Origin: an uncultured Gammaproteobacteria bacterium
GTDB lineage: Bacteria > Pseudomonadota > Gammaproteobacteria > JAURND01
NCBI GenBank assembly: GCA_963714975.1
Contig: CAVQQD010000002.1
Span: 1,024,001 to 1,088,000, forward strand
Length of the DNA stretch: 64,000 nucleotides
Direction of reading: 5' to 3'
The notes under the pieces are model-generated. The model made no database searches. It saw nothing but the letters and a program-made list of their open reading frames with translations, and was not told the origin of the DNA. Position numbers and translations under genes: made by a program. Within the stretch, counting starts at the first letter, position 1. Each line of letters begins with the position of its first letter. Shown here in pieces: positions 59,731-64,000 of this stretch.

Positions 59731-60789
59731 CTACCTCTGCCAACTATATTTCAACCAAGCATTTGACAAGGCCTTGGCTACAGAAGCTAAAGGAAGAGCA
59801 AAAAATACGCCCCAAAAGCCCCATAGCCCACCAAATATCAACACTGCAACGATGACCGCGACCGGATGGAGTTTCATGGTTTCAGAAAATAATAGGGGGG
59901 CTAAAACATTACCATCTACTACATTGATAATTACATAAATAATAGTTAAATAAAGCAAATGGGCATCAAAACCCCACTGTACATATCCCACAATAAATAC
60001 CGGAATAGTTACCAGCACCGCCCCCATATAAGGGATAATATTAGCAATGCCAACTAATACCCCCAGCAAAATGGCATAATTAATCCCCAACAACATAAAA
60101 GCAATCGTGGTAACAAATCCAACCAAAATAATTTCAATAACTTTACCTCGGATGTAATTACCAATTTGCTGATTTACTTCGCCCCATACTTCTCGTGCCA
60201 ACCCACGTTTCTCCGGCAAAAATTGCGCAGCCCAACGCAAAATAGCATCCCGATCTTTCAACAGAAAATAAACAATTAAAGGCACCACTACCAAATAGAC
60301 CACCAACATGACTAAATTCGAGATAGTGCTAATCGAATAAGACAAAGCGCTAGTACCCAAACGGGCTATGTCTGATTGAAAGGTAGTCATCCATTTTTGG
60401 ACTTGTGCCTTAGAAATATAATCAGGATATTCTTGGGATAGTTGAATAATATAACTTTCTGCCAGCTTGATTTTATTGGGCAATTCATTAAGAAGATTGA
60501 CCAGTTGATCCCACACTAAGGGTAATAAGAAAAATAAACCTACTACTAATGCACCTAGAAATAGCAAGAATACTAAATTCGCCGCAATAAAATGAGGAAA
60601 TTTCCATCGTTCTAAACGTCTAACGGTACCATCCAGCAAATAAGCAATCACAATGCTAACAAGTACGGGCGCTAAGATATTGCCAATCAACCAGATGGCC
60701 AAAATAATAACCAATAAAATTAAGGCCAAACTTCCTAATTCTGTTCCAATAAAACGACGCTGAAACCATTGTGATAAGGATTGAATCAT
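59731..60789 (-). CDS. AI-2E family transporter (PerM-like)
   Basis: [23 protein letters not shown] and [15 protein letters not shown] motifs. Confidence 0.92.
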   Translation of the reverse strand: MIQSLSQWFQRRFIGTELGSLALILLVIILAIWLIGNILAPVLVSIVIAYLLDGTVRRLERWKFPHFIAANLVFLLFLGALVVGLFFLLPLVWDQLVNLLNELPNKIKLAESYIIQLSQEYPDYISKAQVQKWMTTFQSDIARLGTSALSYSISTISNLVMLVVYLVVVPLIVYFLLKDRDAILRWAAQFLPEKRGLAREVWGEVNQQIGNYIRGKVIEIILVGFVTTIAFMLLGINYAILLGVLVGIANIIPYMGAVLVTIPVFIVGYVQWGFDAHLLYLTIIYVIINVVDGNVLAPLLFSETMKLHPVAVIVAVLIFGGLWGFWGVFFALPLASVAKALSNAWLKYSWQR

Positions 60790-61217
60790 ACAATTTGCCC
60801 CAAAGCATGTAGTGTATAAGCGCTATCTACAGCATCCCGACCTTTATGCCCATGTTTACCTCCCACCCGTTCCAGTGCCTGTTGTTCATTCTCCGTCGTC
60901 AAAACACCAAAAATGACTGGAATGTTATTTTCCAAGGCAACCTTTTGACAACCATAGCTCACCTGCTGACACACATAGTCATAGTGATCCGTTTCACCGC
61001 GAATCACTGCCCCCAATGCGATCAACACATCGTAATGATTCTGCCTTGCGAGCTTTTGAGCTATTAAAGGGATTTCAATTGCGCCAGGCACTTGCAGCAC
61101 TTTTTGTGCTTGATTCCCTAATTCCTCTAAGCGTTGTAGCGCCCCCTGGAGTAACCGAGTAGTAATTTCTTCATTAAATTGACTGACTACAATAGCAATT
61201 CTTGGATGGTGAGACAT
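60786..61217 (-). CDS. ribH: 6,7-dimethyl-8-ribityllumazine synthase
   Basis: [26 protein letters not shown] and FGVLTT motifs. Confidence 0.96.
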   Translation of the reverse strand: MSHHPRIAIVVSQFNEEITTRLLQGALQRLEELGNQAQKVLQVPGAIEIPLIAQKLARQNHYDVLIALGAVIRGETDHYDYVCQQVSYGCQKVALENNIPVIFGVLTTENEQQALERVGGKHGHKGRDAVDSAYTLHALGQIV

Positions 61218-61280
61218 AACTTAACCTATCAACTATGGGGCAAGCCCGTGGATTCATGCCACGGGCGCAGTCTAAACAAT

Positions 61281-62498
61281 TTAGCTCACTAGAGATAATA
61301 AATGACCTAATTTTTTCCGCTTAGTGCGCAGGTAATGAATATTGTCTTCCGTGGGTTCCATTTCAATCGGTTCACGATTTTCAACTTTAATTCCATAGCG
61401 TTGAATTCCTTCAATTTTATTCGGATTATTAGTGAGCAAGCGAACAGACCCCACACCTAATTGCTTGAGGATTTGCGCAGCAATACCATAATCACGCATA
61501 TCTGCGGAAAAACCCAGGGAATGATTTGCTTCAACAGTATCCAAGCCATGGTCTTGCAAGGCATAGGCTTTCACCTTATTCACTAAACCAATGCCCCTGC
61601 CCTCTTGATTCATATATAACAATATTCCCCCTTCCTGCCCAATCTTTCGCAAGGAATATTCTAATTGCCAACCACAATCACAACGCGCAGAAGCAAAAAT
61701 ATCACCGGTGATGCATTGCGAATGGACGCGTACTAAACAAGCAGTCTCTGCGTTAATTTCCCCGCGTAATAACACCAGATGCTGGGTTTCATCAATTTCG
61801 CTTTCGTACACTTTCATATGAAAAGCGCCATAGGCTTTTAAAGGTAACAAAGCAGAGGCAGTTTCCTTCACCAGCATTTCGCGGTTAATACGATAGGTAA
61901 TTAAATCGGCAACCGAAAGAATTGCCAGTCCATGGGTTTCAGCGATCTTAATTAAATCCTCACGCCGAGCCATGGAGCCATCTTCTTTTAAGATCTCACA
62001 CAAAACCGCTGCAGGTTGAAACCCCGCTAACCGTGCCAAATCTACTGAAGCCTCGGTATGACCGGCACGCACCAAAACGCCCCCCTTTACTGCACGTAAA
62101 GGAAAAACATGGCCTGGCATTGATAAATCATCGCTAGTCGTTTGTGGATCAATGGCGACTTGTATGGTTCGTGCCCGATCCTGGGCAGAAATCCCAGTGG
62201 TAATGCCTCGTTTGGCTCCAATCGAAATAGTAAAGGCGGTATTAAATTTTGAGGTATTGCGCTTTACCATGGGGGGTAACTGTAAACGATCGATGATCTC
62301 ACCATCCATGGGCAGGCAGATTAAACCACGACCGTATCGGGACATAAAGTTAATTGCCGCTGGAGTAATCTTTTCCGCAGCAATGACGAAATCACCTTCA
62401 TTTTCACGATTTTCATCATCAATAATGATGACAAACTGACCTTGGCGAAATGATTCGATGGCTTGCTCAACTGTGACGAATAAATTAGGATTTTTCAT
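61281..62498 (-). CDS. ribBA: Bifunctional DHBP synthase / GTP cyclohydrolase II
   Basis: DDENRENEGD, RAGHTEA, RVHSQCITGD..RCDC and LLTNNP motifs; ATG 62498. Confidence 0.96.
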   Translation of the reverse strand: MKNPNLFVTVEQAIESFRQGQFVIIIDDENRENEGDFVIAAEKITPAAINFMSRYGRGLICLPMDGEIIDRLQLPPMVKRNTSKFNTAFTISIGAKRGITTGISAQDRARTIQVAIDPQTTSDDLSMPGHVFPLRAVKGGVLVRAGHTEASVDLARLAGFQPAAVLCEILKEDGSMARREDLIKIAETHGLAILSVADLITYRINREMLVKETASALLPLKAYGAFHMKVYESEIDETQHLVLLRGEINAETACLVRVHSQCITGDIFASARCDCGWQLEYSLRKIGQEGGILLYMNQEGRGIGLVNKVKAYALQDHGLDTVEANHSLGFSADMRDYGIAAQILKQLGVGSVRLLTNNPNKIEGIQRYGIKVENREPIEMEPTEDNIHYLRTKRKKLGHLLSLVS

Positions 62499-63208
62499 TT
62501 TCTTACCCCCTCTCCCCAACCCTCTCCCACCTTTCCCACGTCATCCCGAGGAGCTTGTGACGAGGGATCTCCAGCAACTGGCGGAGATCCCTCGCTTCGC
62601 TCGGGATGACGGGTGCTCGAGTGGGAGAAAGGGGATTTAATTACCTTGGCTATATAGTCATATTCTACATTGACCCATTCCCCAATACCTACATACGCTA
62701 AGTTAGTTCGATCCAAAGTTTCTGGGACCAGCATAACCTCAAAACTTTCGGCATTATCATCAATTTGATTGAGTGTTAGACTAACACCGTTGATAGTAAT
62801 ACATCCTTTAGGAATGAGAAATTGGCGTGCTTCCTGACGAACTCCAGTAAATCGACAAGCAAGGAAATCATGATATTCTTCTTTATCCTCAAGCTGACAA
62901 ACTTGATCGATATGCCCCATCACAAAATGCCCATGCAAACGATCCGTTACCCGCAAGGAACGCTCTAAATGCACTGCAATCCCCACCTGCAAATTGAGCA
63001 TATGAGTCACTTTTAGGGTTTCAGGAGATACATCGCAAGTAAACTGCCCACCTTGGCAGGCGCTAACGGTTAAGCATACACCATCAACCGCAATACTTTC
63101 GCCAATTTCCAAATCAAAATAGGGACATGCGAAGGAAATTTGCTTGCCCTTTCTACGGTTTTTGATTTCAGCCACCCATCCACAATAATCAATATAGCCA
63201 GTAAACAT
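62495..63208 (-). CDS. ribC: Riboflavin synthase with a repeat-derived C-terminal extension
   Basis: MFTG start; GESIAVDGVCLTV, GHFVMGHID and VNVEYD motifs. Confidence 0.94.
   Translation of the reverse strand: MFTGYIDYCGWVAEIKNRRKGKQISFACPYFDLEIGESIAVDGVCLTVSACQGGQFTCDVSPETLKVTHMLNLQVGIAVHLERSLRVTDRLHGHFVMGHIDQVCQLEDKEEYHDFLACRFTGVRQEARQFLIPKGCITINGVSLTLNQIDDNAESFEVMLVPETLDRTNLAYVGIGEWVNVEYDYIAKVIKSPFSHSSTRHPERSEGSPPVAGDPSSQAPRDDVGKVGEGWGEGVRK
62506..62634. repeat. Composite repeat (family B nested in family A) forming the ribC 3' end
   Basis: ccctctcccac-[gtcatcccgag..gatctcc..ggagatccctcgcttcgctcgggatgac]-gtgggaga. Confidence 0.9.
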
Positions 63209-63214
63209 ACGCGC

Positions 63215-63655
63215 TCAGTCAGGTAAAAAATCTAAATTTAATGCCTTGGTAAAAGAAAAAGGGCATTTTTGCGGAAACTTGTCTTTACTCAAGCCTGTTT
63301 CAGTAGCAGCCATTAATAAAGCTTTATGATAGGCCCGATTGATTTTTTGCTGTAACTCTGGTTTTAAGCTGGGGCTGTCTTCTAATAATTCAGTGACCTC
63401 AAAGCGTTGTTCCTCAATCGTATATTTCCAACTATTACTTCGCCGTTCTGGTTGGAATTGCCATTTGAGTAAATGGGCTAATAATATAGCAAAACGATTA
63501 ATTAACTCACGCTTGTCGCTTCTACCCATGCTTTCAAGCTCCTCTGCCAAATGATCAATGTCGAGTTCAGAAAATTTCCGTTGGCGTATTAATACGGCAT
63601 TATGCAAGGTCCATTGATAGAAATCTTGATGATACTCGGACAGTTTCTTTGCCAT
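63215..63655 (-). CDS. DUF29 family protein inside the rib operon
   Basis: YHQDFYQW, LAEELESMGRS, HLLKWQFQP and PSLK motifs. Confidence 0.9.
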   Translation of the reverse strand: MAKKLSEYHQDFYQWTLHNAVLIRQRKFSELDIDHLAEELESMGRSDKRELINRFAILLAHLLKWQFQPERRSNSWKYTIEEQRFEVTELLEDSPSLKPELQQKINRAYHKALLMAATETGLSKDKFPQKCPFSFTKALNLDFLPD

Positions 63656-63686
63656 AATAAGCCCTCTTTATAAAATGAGGGTTATG

Positions 63687-64000
63687 TTACCAGAAATGTG
63701 CTTCACACACCACATCTTGGCCCATTGGCTGCCAATGCATGGTTCGAGCAGTTAAATTTAAGGCTTTAGTAAATGCAGACTGCGCCGATTGGCCCAAAAT
63801 TTTAGGAGAAAGATAAAAGAAGATGCGATGCGCTAGCTCTGCCTTCACGAATGACTGAACGCAAGTCCCACCTGCTTCTACCCATAAATCATGGGCCCCA
63901 TCTTGGCCAATAAAAGCTAATGCCGCGGCTAAATCTAAGTAATGATCTTGGGTTGGTATTGGCTGACAACGCACTCCTTTAGCCAAAAGTTGATCTAATA
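63687..64000 (-). CDS. ribD: RibD C-terminal reductase domain (5' end outside the window)
   Basis: LWVEAGG and YLSPKILG motifs; upstream of ribC. Confidence 0.88.
   Translation of the reverse strand, partial: LDQLLAKGVRCQPIPTQDHYLDLAAALAFIGQDGAHDLWVEAGGTCVQSFVKAELAHRIFFYLSPKILGQSAQSAFTKALNLTARTMHWQPMGQDVVCEAHFW

Overview
AT-rich (about 40% GC) chromosomal window from a Gammaproteobacterium that looks Legionellales/Coxiellaceae-like, judged from gene content, orphan effector-like ORFs and PmrA-type boxes. The backbone is housekeeping: RND efflux operon, ettA, mltB-rodA-mrdA-rsfS-nadD-holA-lptE, folM/folB, yadGH, dksA, lptM-lysA-dapF, cca, yraN-diaA/gmhA-dolP, tsaC, bioA/bioFCD and rib genes. 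Six things stand out. (1) A tandemly duplicated cassette of two Rpn/DUF4351-type nuclease genes, each with an internal antitoxin-like start. Each cassette copy also carries a ~335-bp module with the SymE/SymR antisense architecture, but controlling a 67-aa ORF that is not SymE. (2) Several short palindromic repeat families are common between genes and are also inserted in frame inside the RND adaptor, nadD, bioC, ribC and BASS genes. (3) A 5.9-kb integrase element sits in tRNA-Thr, with a 45-bp att duplication, a C4-type antisense RNA and a BRO gene but no replication module. A decayed accessory region follows it. (4) Three orphan genes share a PmrA-box promoter and acidic C-termini, making them candidate Dot/Icm effectors. 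(5) thrA carries several frameshifts. (6) There are several candidate structured RNAs. All calls come from reading the sequence; no database searches were run.
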